Part shown: in pieces, positions 18,926 to 29,358 of the stretch
How positions within the stretch are numbered: the first letter of the stretch is position 1
Layout: each line of letters starts with the position of its first letter
Source: a virus
Length of the DNA stretch: 64,000 nt
Direction: 5' to 3' (one strand)
IMG/VR virus record: IMGVR_UViG_3300032435_000001
The notes under the pieces: model-generated
What the model was told of the DNA's origin: nothing
Databases searched by the model: none
The model's input: the letters and a program-made list of their open reading frames with translations, nothing else
Made by a program: the position numbers and the translations under genes

Positions 18926-19561
18926 ATGAGTAAAATAATTGAATTTCAGAAAAATAATGGTTTATCTGATGATGGTATTATAGGTAAAAAGACATTAAAT
19001 ATGATTAGATTGAAATTAAAAATACAATCAGATGAGGAGTTAGCTAATTTTATGGGACAGATTTCCCATGAGACTGGTAATTTTAGGGCTGATACTGAAA
19101 ATTTAAATTATTCAGCTAATGGTTTGATGAAAATATTTAAAAAATATTTCACGTTGAGTATAGTTGGTAAGTACACAAGGAACCCTGAAAAGATAGGTTC
19201 TAGAGTATACGCTAATAGAATGGGTAATGGTGATGAAGCTTCTAAGGAAGGGTTTATTTTCCGTGGGAGAGGTAGTTTACAACTTACTGGTAAAAATAAT
19301 TATAAATTATTTTCAGATTTTATTGGTGAGGATTGTGTTAAGAACCCAGAATTAGTAGCAACTAAATATTATTTTGAGAGTGCTAAATTTTATTTTGATA
19401 CTAATAAACTATGGAGTATAGCTAAAAAAGTTGATGTCAAATCTATAACTAGTTTATCCAAAGCTATAAATTTAGGTAATAGGAATAGTAGGGCGACTCC
19501 AAATGGGTTAGAGGATAGGATAGATAAGACTAACGAATTTTATAAAATATTAAAAAAATAA
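18926..19561 (+). CDS. GH19 (chitinase-like) endolysin with N-terminal peptidoglycan-binding motif
   Basis: FQKNNGLSDDGIIGKKT; FMGQISHETG, ENLNYS, YANRMGNG, FRGRGSLQLTGKNNY, NGLEDR. Confidence 0.93.
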   Translation: MSKIIEFQKNNGLSDDGIIGKKTLNMIRLKLKIQSDEELANFMGQISHETGNFRADTENLNYSANGLMKIFKKYFTLSIVGKYTRNPEKIGSRVYANRMGNGDEASKEGFIFRGRGSLQLTGKNNYKLFSDFIGEDCVKNPELVATKYYFESAKFYFDTNKLWSIAKKVDVKSITSLSKAINLGNRNSRATPNGLEDRIDKTNEFYKILKK

Positions 19562-19947
19562 TGGATTTTCATATTAATAAAAACGCCACCCTACCAATTC
19601 TTAAGCTGGAGTTAATAAAAGATGGTAGGAATGACTATAGTAAATTTCACGATATGATTCAAAATTCAGACATAACTTTCTGTATGACAGATTTAGATAC
19701 TGGTATTAGAAAAATTGGTAATAAGAATGGTATTTGCATCTTAAAAGAAGTTGGTGAGGATTCTACAATTGAAGAATATTATATTGGTTATAAATTTACT
19801 AGTAAAGACACTAAAAAAAGTGGCACTTTTATTGGTGAGTTCACAATTAACTTCGTAGATGACGCAATTGGACCATCTGGGTTATTAATTGTACCTATCA
19901 GAGATGAGTTGAGAATCCACATTTTAGAGGGTTCTATAAGAAAATAA
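19561..19947 (+). CDS. small Ig-like structural protein (BppU N-terminal-like)
   Basis: FHINKNATLPILKLEL...YKFTSKDTKKSGTFIGEFTINF...LIVP. Confidence 0.5.
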   Translation: MDFHINKNATLPILKLELIKDGRNDYSKFHDMIQNSDITFCMTDLDTGIRKIGNKNGICILKEVGEDSTIEEYYIGYKFTSKDTKKSGTFIGEFTINFVDDAIGPSGLLIVPIRDELRIHILEGSIRK

Positions 19948-19970
19948 ACGGGGTTAACCCCGTTTATTTT
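19941..19970 (+). terminator. intrinsic terminator (30-bp perfect palindrome)
   Basis: AAAATAAACGGGGTT|AACCCCGTTTATTTT followed by Ts. Confidence 0.8.
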
Positions 19971-20000
19971 TTTAAACCATTTTATTTTATTTAAAATTAG

Positions 20001-20008
20001 TATATTTG
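20001..20008 (+). promoter_or_regulatory. Bacteroidota-type -7 promoter box TATATTTG before DNA polymerase
   Basis: Matches TAnnTTTG; 27 nt before the ATG. Confidence 0.65.
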
Positions 20009-20035
20009 TAGAATTATTAATTAATTTTAAATTAA

Positions 20036-23000
20036 ATGAATAAAACACAAATTAGTAGTGAGGATATTGAAAATTACCTACAAGGTAATGACCCTCAAAA
20101 ATACATAGTATCCGTTGAAGCACCTTATTATCAAAATGTAGCTTCTTTGGTCATAAACGACCCAGAGTTAGGTAAATATATTGAACGAGTAACATATAAG
20201 CCATTTGTTTGGATGAGTCATGATATGTCTAAAATTATGTTCAATGGTAATCGTACTAAGATAGCTCAGGCTATGAAAGATTATTCCGTAACTATTTCAG
20301 ATTTAACAATTAAAGATGGTAATGGTTTTATACCTAGTAGGATGGATAATGGTTATAAATACATTGTCAAAACTACATTATCTTATACTAACCTATTAAA
20401 CTTCTTTAAAAGTGGTGGTGTTGATATTTACAGTGAGGAACATAGGAAATACTTCATGTACATATCACCAACCGAGCAATTTTTAATTCAGACTGGTAAG
20501 CGTTTATTTAAAGGTTTTGGTGATTACAATGATTTACATAGGTTACAATTTGACCTTGAAACCACTGGTTTAAAGCCTAGTACCAGTTCTATATTCCAAA
20601 TAGGGATTAAAGATAATCGTGGTTATGAAAGGGTTTTAGAGGTTAAAGGTAATGACGAGTTCGAATTAAGAGAAAGCGAGAGGTTATTAATATTTGAATT
20701 TTTTAATATTGTAGATGAATTAAAACCAGATGTTATATCAGGTTATAACTCTGAAAATTTTGATTGGGATTTCTTTTTTGTTAGGTGTGAAAAATTGGGG
20801 ATATCCATTACTGAGGCTTCAACTACTTTAAATGATTCTAAGATTGTTAGAAAAGCAGCTAGAGTTAAATATGGTGGTGATACTGAGGATTACGAACAGA
20901 CTTATATGTGGGGTTATAATATTATTGATATTATGCATTCCGTTAGAAGGGCAATGGCTATTAATTCAGATATAAAAGAGTATGGTTTAAAATATATTAC
21001 TAAATTCTCTAAGATTGCTAAACCAAATAGGGTTTATGTCCCTGGTAATAAAATCCATAGTACTTGGGCTGACACCACAAATAATTATTACTTTAATGAT
21101 GATAATGGTGATTGGTTTATAGAGGATAGTGAAAACGCTAGAAATGTAGAAAAAATTAATGGTGAGTACCATAGTTATGTGAAAGTTTCTGGTTCATTTA
21201 TTGTACATCGTTATTTATTAGATGACCTTTGGGAAACTGAGAAAATTGATGAGCGTTTTAATCAAGCTACATTTTTATTAGGTAAGATTATACCAACTTC
21301 GTACATGCGTAGTTCAACTATGGGTACCGCTGGTATTTGGAAATTAATTATGATGGGTTGGTCCTATGAGAATGGTTTAGGTATACCACAGTTACAATCG
21401 CAAGAAACTTTTGTCGGTGGTTTATCTCGATTATTAGAGGTTGGATACGCTGTGAATGTTGGTAAGTTAGATTATGCGGCTCTATACCCTAATATTGAGT
21501 TAACGTGGGATATATTCCCAGATATTGACATTAGTGGGGTTATGAAAGGTATGTTACTATATATAGCTGAAACTCGTGATGTTTATAAAGCTATTAAAGG
21601 TGAGCATAATGTTAAAGCTAGTAAGTTAAAAGATAAGTTTAGTTTATTGGATGAATTAAGCGAGGAATACATCAAACTTAAAAAAGAATATGACATCGAG
21701 AAAGGTCTAGAAGATAAATTTGATAAAAAACAGTTACCACTTAAGATTTTAGCTAACTCATTCTTTGGTTCATTTGGGGCACCTCACTTATTTCCATGGG
21801 GTGATATTGATTGTGCTGAAGAGACGACATGTAGAGGTCGTCAATATTTAAGATTAATGGTTAGTCATTTCCATGAAGGTTATAATTTTAGACCTTTGGT
21901 TGGTGATTCAGTTACATTTGACACCCCAATATATGTTAAGTGGAAAAACGATAATAAGTTAGATATATTACCAATATCAGATGTTTTTAATGTAAACTCA
22001 GACGTATTTGATGAGACTGGTTTAAGAGATTTAGAAGTAAAACCTTATGAGGTTCTAACTGTCAATGGTTGGCGGGAAATAAATTATGTTTATAGACATA
22101 AAACTAATAAAAAAATTCATAGAGTATCTACTAAAGATAGGTTAGTTTGTGTAACGGAAGACCATTCGTTATTCCAGAATGGTATACAAGTGAAGCCATC
22201 TGATTTAAAAAGAGGTGATTTATTAGATGTTCATAAGATACCAAATTTGGGGGATTTTCATAACGCTGAAATTATTGATGACGACTTGTATTTTTTATAC
22301 GGTTACTTCCTAGGTGGTGGGTCGTATGAGAATGATACTTTTAACATTTCTGGTGGTAGTTTAAGTGATTTAGAGCGATTGCAAAAGATAATTTCCATAA
22401 AATTTTTAATAGATTATAAATTAATAGACCTTAGGGGAACTAATGGTGTTTATAGTTTAACTTATAATAGTGTTGAATTAGTAAAGATATTCGGTAGTGA
22501 GTTTTATACATCATATGGTGATAAAAAAATACCATGTTTTATCTTAAATACCAATGATAGTAATAAATTATCATTCTTAAACGGTTTTTCATCATATGAT
22601 AATTATGTTGATGAATTAGAAACCTCATCATTTTTAGGTCTTAAATCTCAAGTTGCTATGTCTGGAATAGCTTATTTAATGGATAATTTAAATCTAAATA
22701 AGGAAATAATTTCCAAAAAAGGTGATAATGAGTTAATGACATTTAGGGTTGAAAGTATAAATGATGTTAACCCTGAATTAATTAATAAGATGAAAAGTAA
22801 TGAGGTTTGGTTAAATGAGGTTATCATGAATGGGTGTCCAAATGGGTATGTTTACGACATATCAACACAAGATGGGACCTTTATAGGTGGTATAGGTGGT
22901 ATTGACCTTAAAAATACAGATGGTTTTAACTTCGCAATACCAGATAGTGTTGAAGATATACAATATTACGTTAAAGGTAATCATAGATTAACGGAATATA

Positions 23001-24496
23001 ATAAAGGTAAAACTTTAACTGGTTTAAATGCTGTTGTTGCTGAGTTTAATGAGGTTTACATGATTGGTAGGATGGGATTAGATATTGATGATATCTGTAA
23101 TTCAACTATAAACTTTTCTAGGAAGAATTACGCTAATGATATTGGTGGTAAGATTAAATTAGTTGGTAACACAATTAAATCTAAAAAAATGCCAACTTAT
23201 ATTGAAGAGTTTTTAGGTAAGGGTTGTAAGTTATTATTAGAGGGGAATGGTAAAGATTTCATTACCTTATATCAAGATACGGTGGATAACATTGTTAATT
23301 ATGATATTCCTTTAGTTAAAATAGCTTCAAAAGCTAAAGTTAAGATTAGTAAAGAAACTTATGCTAAGAAAATGAAAACTAAAAATAAGGCTGGTAATAT
23401 GGCAGCTAAACAAGCTCACATGGAGTTAATGGTTGCACATGACTTAGAATTGAATTTAGGTGATGTTATTTATTACGTTAATACTGGAACTTTAAAATCG
23501 CATGGTGATATTAAAACCATCAAAGAAGCGAATGGTAGTACTAGAGTTGAGATGATGTGTAAGTTGATTTCAGCTGAGGAAATTGAGCGTAATCCAGATT
23601 TAACGACTGATGGTTATAACGCCCCAAAATATTTAGCTGCTTTTAATAAGAGGATTAACCCGTTGTTAGTTTGTTTTGAACCAGAGGTTAGGAAATTGTT
23701 AATTATGGATTTAGTTAAAAATACTAAAACTAAAGAGATGGAATTAACTGAGAAGAATTACTTTACCGATGAGCAATGTGTTTTAATATCTGGTAAACCA
23801 TTTTTAGATAGTGACCAAGATACTTACACTGATTTGATGATTATGGAAGATAAAGAGATAGTTTTTTGGTTAAGGGTGGATAAGATACCTAATAACATGT
23901 TGGAAACTGAGTGGGTGGAAACTGTAGCTGATTACCATGAAAGAATGCGATTGGCTAGGTTAGATGGTATTGAAAGAGACGTTAAATTATTCCCTAAAGT
24001 AGTTAGAAGACTTGAATACCATGAATTAGAAGAAATTAGAGGTAAAGGTGTTTTACCTAAAGATTTAGACTTCATCACACTTGAACCAGTTATATTAGAT
24101 GGTGAGGTAAGTGAGATTAACGTACACTCTAAAAAATGGGGGGTGATTATAGGTAAATTTGACGATATATTCTCTTATGAAACACTAGCTAAAGAAAGAA
24201 GTGAGTTTTACGAAGATAGAGCTGAAGCCAAAGGTTTAGAACTTAATATTAGTAAAATAAAGATAATGGATTATTATGAGTGGTTATTCGATAAATTAGC
24301 TATAGTCACCACTTACGCTAAATTAAAAAGGAATAGGACTTTAAATTTAGTTGAGTACCTAAATAATGTTGAGAATCAATTTTTTAATAACATTAAAAAA
24401 GAGCAGCCTAAATTATTTGTTGGTGATACTTTAGAAATTTTAGAAATTAAAGATGATGTTTTACCTAGTGATGATTATGAGTTTAGTATTTTTTAA
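20036..24496 (+). CDS. polB: family B DNA polymerase containing an intein
   Basis: ExoI FDLETTG, ExoII GYNSENFDW, motif A LDYAALYP, motif B KILANSFFG, motif C GD|TDG split by the intein. Confidence 0.96.
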   Translation: MNKTQISSEDIENYLQGNDPQKYIVSVEAPYYQNVASLVINDPELGKYIERVTYKPFVWMSHDMSKIMFNGNRTKIAQAMKDYSVTISDLTIKDGNGFIPSRMDNGYKYIVKTTLSYTNLLNFFKSGGVDIYSEEHRKYFMYISPTEQFLIQTGKRLFKGFGDYNDLHRLQFDLETTGLKPSTSSIFQIGIKDNRGYERVLEVKGNDEFELRESERLLIFEFFNIVDELKPDVISGYNSENFDWDFFFVRCEKLGISITEASTTLNDSKIVRKAARVKYGGDTEDYEQTYMWGYNIIDIMHSVRRAMAINSDIKEYGLKYITKFSKIAKPNRVYVPGNKIHSTWADTTNNYYFNDDNGDWFIEDSENARNVEKINGEYHSYVKVSGSFIVHRYLLDDLWETEKIDERFNQATFLLGKIIPTSYMRSSTMGTAGIWKLIMMGWSYENGLGIPQLQSQETFVGGLSRLLEVGYAVNVGKLDYAALYPNIELTWDIFPDIDISGVMKGMLLYIAETRDVYKAIKGEHNVKASKLKDKFSLLDELSEEYIKLKKEYDIEKGLEDKFDKKQLPLKILANSFFGSFGAPHLFPWGDIDCAEETTCRGRQYLRLMVSHFHEGYNFRPLVGDSVTFDTPIYVKWKNDNKLDILPISDVFNVNSDVFDETGLRDLEVKPYEVLTVNGWREINYVYRHKTNKKIHRVSTKDRLVCVTEDHSLFQNGIQVKPSDLKRGDLLDVHKIPNLGDFHNAEIIDDDLYFLYGYFLGGGSYENDTFNISGGSLSDLERLQKIISIKFLIDYKLIDLRGTNGVYSLTYNSVELVKIFGSEFYTSYGDKKIPCFILNTNDSNKLSFLNGFSSYDNYVDELETSSFLGLKSQVAMSGIAYLMDNLNLNKEIISKKGDNELMTFRVESINDVNPELINKMKSNEVWLNEVIMNGCPNGYVYDISTQDGTFIGGIGGIDLKNTDGFNFAIPDSVEDIQYYVKGNHRLTEYNKGKTLTGLNAVVAEFNEVYMIGRMGLDIDDICNSTINFSRKNYANDIGGKIKLVGNTIKSKKMPTYIEEFLGKGCKLLLEGNGKDFITLYQDTVDNIVNYDIPLVKIASKAKVKISKETYAKKMKTKNKAGNMAAKQAHMELMVAHDLELNLGDVIYYVNTGTLKSHGDIKTIKEANGSTRVEMMCKLISAEEIERNPDLTTDGYNAPKYLAAFNKRINPLLVCFEPEVRKLLIMDLVKNTKTKEMELTEKNYFTDEQCVLISGKPFLDSDQDTYTDLMIMEDKEIVFWLRVDKIPNNMLETEWVETVADYHERMRLARLDGIERDVKLFPKVVRRLEYHELEEIRGKGVLPKDLDFITLEPVILDGEVSEINVHSKKWGVIIGKFDDIFSYETLAKERSEFYEDRAEAKGLELNISKIKIMDYYEWLFDKLAIVTTYAKLKRNRTLNLVEYLNNVENQFFNNIKKEQPKLFVGDTLEILEIKDDVLPSDDYEFSIF
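21908..22915 (+). mobile_element. intein (336 aa) in polymerase motif C with degenerate LAGLIDADG endonuclease
   Basis: Begins SVTFDTP, block B VTEDHSL, block F VYDIST, ends LKN before extein Thr; removal restores VGDTDG. Confidence 0.92.
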
Positions 24497-24510
24497 ATAA
24501 TAATAATAAT

Positions 24511-24537
24511 AAAAAAGAGGCTAACGCCTCTTTTTTT
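24511..24537. terminator. bidirectional intrinsic terminator
   Basis: AAAAAAGAGGC-TAAC-GCCTCTTTTTT between convergent genes. Confidence 0.85.
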
Positions 24538-25669
24538 ATTTTACGCTAAACCCTAAAGGGCGAAAACGTAAGTGTCTATTTAAATTTTCAGCTTCATTAG
24601 CAGCTCTCTCTATTTGTTTTTCAGTACTTAGGCGACCTAATCTTTCGTCAAGACGTTCCATTATACTTTTTTTCTCTTCATTACCTTCACTTAAAAGACT
24701 TTCCCAATCCATGGTTCTTTCAGCTTCTTTTAATCCAACTACACCACCAAATTTACCTCTAGTTCTACCTAAAGTTATCTTTGCTTCGGCTATGAATAAT
24801 TGTCTAATTAATATTTTAGTAGGTGAATTAAATTTAGCGTAATCTAATTCTTCTAAAGGAACTTCATTTGGTAATGTAATAATATCAGAATTAGCTCTTC
24901 TACACTCGTCTAAATTTTCAGGTGTTGTTTCATAATAATGATACCACACTTTACAACCAACCATACCAATGGATGTACCACCAACAGACCTAGCGCCACC
25001 AGCGAAACTTAGTCTTGAGCCTGGTGTACTTATAAGATGTAATAATCTAGTACCATCTGGACCAGCTGTTAATTTGTAAACCAATTCACTTCTTAGAATC
25101 CTATTTTTTAAATTAAAATCAGCAGCGGTTAATAGAATATCGAAAGCTGGTGCGATGTGAAATCCACCCATACCAGCACCACCAGCACCAGCTCCCATTT
25201 GAGCGTTACCACCACCAAAGCCAGTGTCTAGACCACCATGGTTAGCGAATAAAGCTCTATCAATAGTTGATGGTGTCATCCATAGAACCTCATTAACTTC
25301 CCTTCCAGCTGGTATTTGGTATACTTGTCTACCAGCTTCAATGTCAATAAAATCTTTTTTCAGTTCCCAAGGACCTCTAGCTTGTAGACCTACTTGTTTA
25401 GAATAAGCATAACTAAATTGAGTCATGTAATCAAAATTTCTAGTACTTAATGCGAATGATAAATCTAAAGAGCTAATACTTTGACCTAATAGTGATTGCC
25501 ATTGGTGTTCTATTAACCATTCTTGTACGTATTGACTATAATTTTCTATCGATATTTCCAATAAAGTTTCTAACATCTCTTCAGTTAATTCAATCTTTCT
25601 AATTGGGGCCCCTAGTGAGTGTTTAAGTTGTCTAAAAATTTTCTCTTTTTCTTTTCTTTCTACTGACAT
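24536..25669 (-). CDS. neck/head-tail adaptor protein (T4 gp13-like)
   Basis: LKHSLGAPIRKIELTEE at the N-terminus; AKITLGRTRGKFGG...LLSEGNEEK at the C-terminus; late motif at 25683-25689. Confidence 0.75.
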   Translation of the reverse strand: MSVERKEKEKIFRQLKHSLGAPIRKIELTEEMLETLLEISIENYSQYVQEWLIEHQWQSLLGQSISSLDLSFALSTRNFDYMTQFSYAYSKQVGLQARGPWELKKDFIDIEAGRQVYQIPAGREVNEVLWMTPSTIDRALFANHGGLDTGFGGGNAQMGAGAGGAGMGGFHIAPAFDILLTAADFNLKNRILRSELVYKLTAGPDGTRLLHLISTPGSRLSFAGGARSVGGTSIGMVGCKVWYHYYETTPENLDECRRANSDIITLPNEVPLEELDYAKFNSPTKILIRQLFIAEAKITLGRTRGKFGGVVGLKEAERTMDWESLLSEGNEEKKSIMERLDERLGRLSTEKQIERAANEAENLNRHLRFRPLGFSVK

Positions 25670-25697
25670 AATATCTTTTAATATAAATATAAAATTA

Positions 25698-25970
25698 TTA
25701 TGTAAACTGATTATTACTCAATAATTTATTTATAATTGAAAAAGCTTGGTCTATTGTTTTAAAGCTAGTTTCAGGTACCAATATTAATTTATCAACCATT
25801 AATATTGGTACATAATCTAGTTTAACACTTTTACCTAAAAATTCCACTTCATCTTTATTTTTAACATCATCTATATCATAATCTATAAACTCAATACCAT
25901 CGTTTATTAATAAATTTTTTATCTTGTCACAATAAGAGCAAGATTTAACACTAAACACTTTAACTCTCAT
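25698..25970 (-). CDS. glutaredoxin/NrdH-like redoxin
   Basis: VKVFSVKSCSYCDKIK (CxxC) and YVPILMV cis-Pro motif. Confidence 0.85.
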   Translation of the reverse strand: MRVKVFSVKSCSYCDKIKNLLINDGIEFIDYDIDDVKNKDEVEFLGKSVKLDYVPILMVDKLILVPETSFKTIDQAFSIINKLLSNNQFT

Positions 25971-28746
25971 CATCAACCCCTTCTATTAACACTTCCATGA
26001 ACTCATTTATAATATCATCATCATTAAACGCAACATTACCCATAATTGTATTTATTATTTTAGTTTTATTTTTAATTGTATACCACATTCTAGTTGATAC
26101 GGTATCAGCGAATAATTGATAGTATACCGATACATTATTTGTTTGTCCAATTCTATACGCTCTATCTTCGGCTTGTTCGTTGTTTCCTGGTACCCAATCG
26201 AATGAGTTAAAGATAACAACACTACCAGCGGTTAGAGTTATCCCAACACCAGCTGATTTTATATTACCAATAAACACATTTATTTTAGGGTTATCTTGGA
26301 AACTATCGATTGAGTTTTGTTTACCCTTAGCATTCATAGGGCCATTATGTACAACACATTCTTTTCCGAACTTATCAGCTAATTCCATCAACTCATCTGT
26401 GAATGTTGTGAATATGATAACCTTTTGACCTTGGTCTATCGCATTTTTAGCTAATTCAATTGTTTGGGGAATTGCTTCCATTGCTATGAATTTCCTAAGT
26501 AGGATTAATTCAACCATGTCTTTCTCCACCTTACCTCGTTTTTTAGCTATTTTCCTCTCTTCTAAGTACTCTTCCCACAAATTATTGTATTCAGCCAGCC
26601 CATTCTTATCTAGTTGGTGAAATAGGGTTGTAATCGTTTTATCGGGCATATCTAAAACATCATTTTTTTTCCTCATTAAAATAAGGTTTCTAGTTCTAAC
26701 TGATAATTCCTCTAAATTAGAAGCTCCATTAGTAATCCAAATTTTCTTATTTTTACCACCGTATTTATTCCCTTGGAAAATTTGTTTACCTTCACAATAT
26801 CTCTTAACAAAAAACATCCAATTATCAGCGATTGGTGCTTTAATTAGTTTTAATAAATTAAAATAATCCATTGGTCTATTAGCTATTGGGGTTCCAGATA
26901 ATAACCACACTTTCTTAACATTATGGTTAACACATAAATCAACCATAATCTCACCTCTAATTGATTTATGGTTCTTTAAATTGTGGGCCTCATCGATTAT
27001 GACTAAATCAAAATGTGAATTTACCAAATGTCTATGGAAAACAGCTGTGGGGTCCTCCTCTTTACTAATTTTTTTCTCACCCAATGTATGGAAATTCTTT
27101 AAAATATCGTAGTTTATAATTGTGAATTTACTAGAATCCCATTTCCTACCACTAACAATGGCGGTTTCATCACAAAAACAATTAATTTCCCTCTCCCAAT
27201 TAATTTTAACTGACGATGGACAAACTATTAATATTTTTTTAGCTCCACTCTCTAAAGCTGAAACTACTGACATATATGTGTTATGCGTTACAATAGCATG
27301 GTTTAATGTGAATAATGAATCCTCAGCATCAACTTTAATACAAGTACTATCACCACCACCAATAGATTCAATATTCTTAATGTACCTACCCACCTTATGT
27401 TTTTTAGATGTATTATACTCATCCGATTTCATTTTAAATCTAAATGGGTTCATATCTTCTGGTAATTTAATATTCAACCTATAAGCTAGTTTACATAATA
27501 CTTTAGTCCCATCTTCTTTTTTATATGACCCAATTTTACTACTTTTCTTAACAATACCACCCAAACTATGAACAATTTCAGCAATGTCATCAACTAATTG
27601 TTCTGACACACTGCAATATTTAACACCACTAAAATTACCATTCTTAGATTTCACACAATGACCATCAATATCCATAAGACCTTGTAGGGTTGATAACCTA
27701 TCTTCTATATTAGAGTATTTAAACACATCTGGGATGAATTTAGTGTGTGATAACGTAACATCACCATAACCTAGAGATACCCCTAATAAATAAGGTTCGA
27801 TTGGTAATGAATATTCATTTTCAAATTCGATTGGTTTAACAATCGGAATTTGCCATTTAGAATCACCATTTTTTACCTTATAATAGGTTTTAAATTTATA
27901 TGGTCGTTTTTCATTCAACCCAAAACCCTTCTGTTCTAATTCTAAATTCTCATCTAACATTTGTTCAATGGTTAGATTAGCATATCTAACACTACCATTA
28001 CGAGATGTTACCGTCCACATATGTTCTTTACAACAAGTAGTAGAATAACCATCATTAAATGTTACTTTAAAAATTTCTTTTTTAGGTTGTGGGTGAACTT
28101 CAAGAACTTTAGTTTTCTTACCGTCAGAACCTATTACATAATCACCAACTTTTAACTCACCCATTTTAACTTTCCCTGTAGGTGTATACACTAATTCTGA
28201 GGTACTTACACATTTCCCTAACCCCATATCATCAGCTAAAACACAACCATCTCTAGATAATAAAAACTTAATACCTTCTTTTTGATGTTCGTAAGGTGTT
28301 CTACTTTTAGTATCTAATTCTACGTATTTATCGAAATCCACATCAATATCAACTGATTCAAAATATGGGTCATCAATAACCATAGTTTTAGGTAACCAAT
28401 ACATCTTAGAATTTTCTTGATTCCTAGTTAATTTACCATAAACATGATAAGCTTTTTCGGTGTCGGCTAACATAAATTCAACCAATATTTTAGTTGGAAG
28501 GAAGCTTAATTCCAAATCTTTTTGTAGTTGTTGACCTAGGAAAGTTGAGAATTCAATAATCCTATTAATTAACAATGGTTCTTTATCATGAAAGTTAGTT
28601 ATGTAATCAACTTGCTTTTCAGTTAAACTTATTTTATTATTTTTAACTAGTTGACCCTTTAGTTTCCTTAGATAAGGGTTTTTACCAGAATACTCCTCTA
28701 GTATCACTAAAGCTGAACGACTTTTAAGGAAATTTATATCAATCAA
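25960..28746 (-). CDS. SNF2-family (SMARCAL1/HARP-like) helicase containing an intein
   Basis: LADDMGLGK|T, IIDEAH, LSGTP, GVGITLT and QAEDRAYRIGQ. Confidence 0.93.
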   Translation of the reverse strand: MIDINFLKSRSALVILEEYSGKNPYLRKLKGQLVKNNKISLTEKQVDYITNFHDKEPLLINRIIEFSTFLGQQLQKDLELSFLPTKILVEFMLADTEKAYHVYGKLTRNQENSKMYWLPKTMVIDDPYFESVDIDVDFDKYVELDTKSRTPYEHQKEGIKFLLSRDGCVLADDMGLGKCVSTSELVYTPTGKVKMGELKVGDYVIGSDGKKTKVLEVHPQPKKEIFKVTFNDGYSTTCCKEHMWTVTSRNGSVRYANLTIEQMLDENLELEQKGFGLNEKRPYKFKTYYKVKNGDSKWQIPIVKPIEFENEYSLPIEPYLLGVSLGYGDVTLSHTKFIPDVFKYSNIEDRLSTLQGLMDIDGHCVKSKNGNFSGVKYCSVSEQLVDDIAEIVHSLGGIVKKSSKIGSYKKEDGTKVLCKLAYRLNIKLPEDMNPFRFKMKSDEYNTSKKHKVGRYIKNIESIGGGDSTCIKVDAEDSLFTLNHAIVTHNTYMSVVSALESGAKKILIVCPSSVKINWEREINCFCDETAIVSGRKWDSSKFTIINYDILKNFHTLGEKKISKEEDPTAVFHRHLVNSHFDLVIIDEAHNLKNHKSIRGEIMVDLCVNHNVKKVWLLSGTPIANRPMDYFNLLKLIKAPIADNWMFFVKRYCEGKQIFQGNKYGGKNKKIWITNGASNLEELSVRTRNLILMRKKNDVLDMPDKTITTLFHQLDKNGLAEYNNLWEEYLEERKIAKKRGKVEKDMVELILLRKFIAMEAIPQTIELAKNAIDQGQKVIIFTTFTDELMELADKFGKECVVHNGPMNAKGKQNSIDSFQDNPKINVFIGNIKSAGVGITLTAGSVVIFNSFDWVPGNNEQAEDRAYRIGQTNNVSVYYQLFADTVSTRMWYTIKNKTKIINTIMGNVAFNDDDIINEFMEVLIEGVDDES
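27280..28212 (-). mobile_element. intein (311 aa) in helicase Walker A, endonuclease partly deleted
   Basis: Begins CVSTSELV, block B CCKEHMW, ends IVTHN before extein Thr; removal restores GLGKT. Confidence 0.93.
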
Positions 28747-28780
28747 TTGTAAAATTTTAATTTTATATTATAATTATTAA

Positions 28781-28809
28781 AATATAAGCATTTTTTTTGA
28801 ATAAGTAAA
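28781..28809 (-). promoter_or_regulatory. putative early/middle promoter TTTACT-N17-TATATT
   Basis: Recurrent motif; upstream of the SNF2 helicase. Confidence 0.55.
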
Positions 28810-28837
28810 TTTTTATACTATTTATATTAAAAAGAAT

Positions 28838-29356
28838 ATGGATAAGAAGAAAATACCTATTAATAGAAATAATAAATTTTTTTCACAAGAAGATTTTAAT
28901 TTAGAAATCTCTATGGGTCGTGAGTCTATTGAGGGTGATGGTAATTTTACTGTAATACTTTATAGAGTTGATATTGAGAATACGCAAAGTGATGATATTT
29001 ATAATGAAGCGTCTAAGAATAATATTAATTTTTACCCACCACAAGAATTATACGTACAACCAATATTAGGGGAATCCGAAAATAAAACTTACACTAATCA
29101 AGGTAGTGGTAGGTATTTACAAGATGGTGTTCTATCTTTTGGTATATATGTCGCACAACTAGAAGAATTAGATATTGATATAAGTTATGGTGATTACATT
29201 GGTTATGCTGTTAGCGAGACAAATATAAGGTATTATTCAGTATCTAATGATGGGCGTAAAAATTATGATAATGGTCACACTATCATGGGTTATAAGGGTT
29301 ACTATAGAACAATAACCGCATCACCTATTGATGAGGATGAATTTAACGGATTTTAA
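28838..29356 (+). CDS. head closure/neck protein (gp14-like)
   Basis: VILYRVD...DDIYNE and LEELDIDISYGDYI; lies before the tail terminator; late motif at 28819-28825. Confidence 0.6.
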   Translation: MDKKKIPINRNNKFFSQEDFNLEISMGRESIEGDGNFTVILYRVDIENTQSDDIYNEASKNNINFYPPQELYVQPILGESENKTYTNQGSGRYLQDGVLSFGIYVAQLEELDIDISYGDYIGYAVSETNIRYYSVSNDGRKNYDNGHTIMGYKGYYRTITASPIDEDEFNGF

Positions 29357-29358
29357 TT

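Noticed and set aside
20036-24496. Giant eukaryotic virus origin suggested by PolB with a motif-C intein
   Set aside because: Contractile tail genes, peptidoglycan hydrolases and bacterial promoters and terminators indicate a bacteriophage
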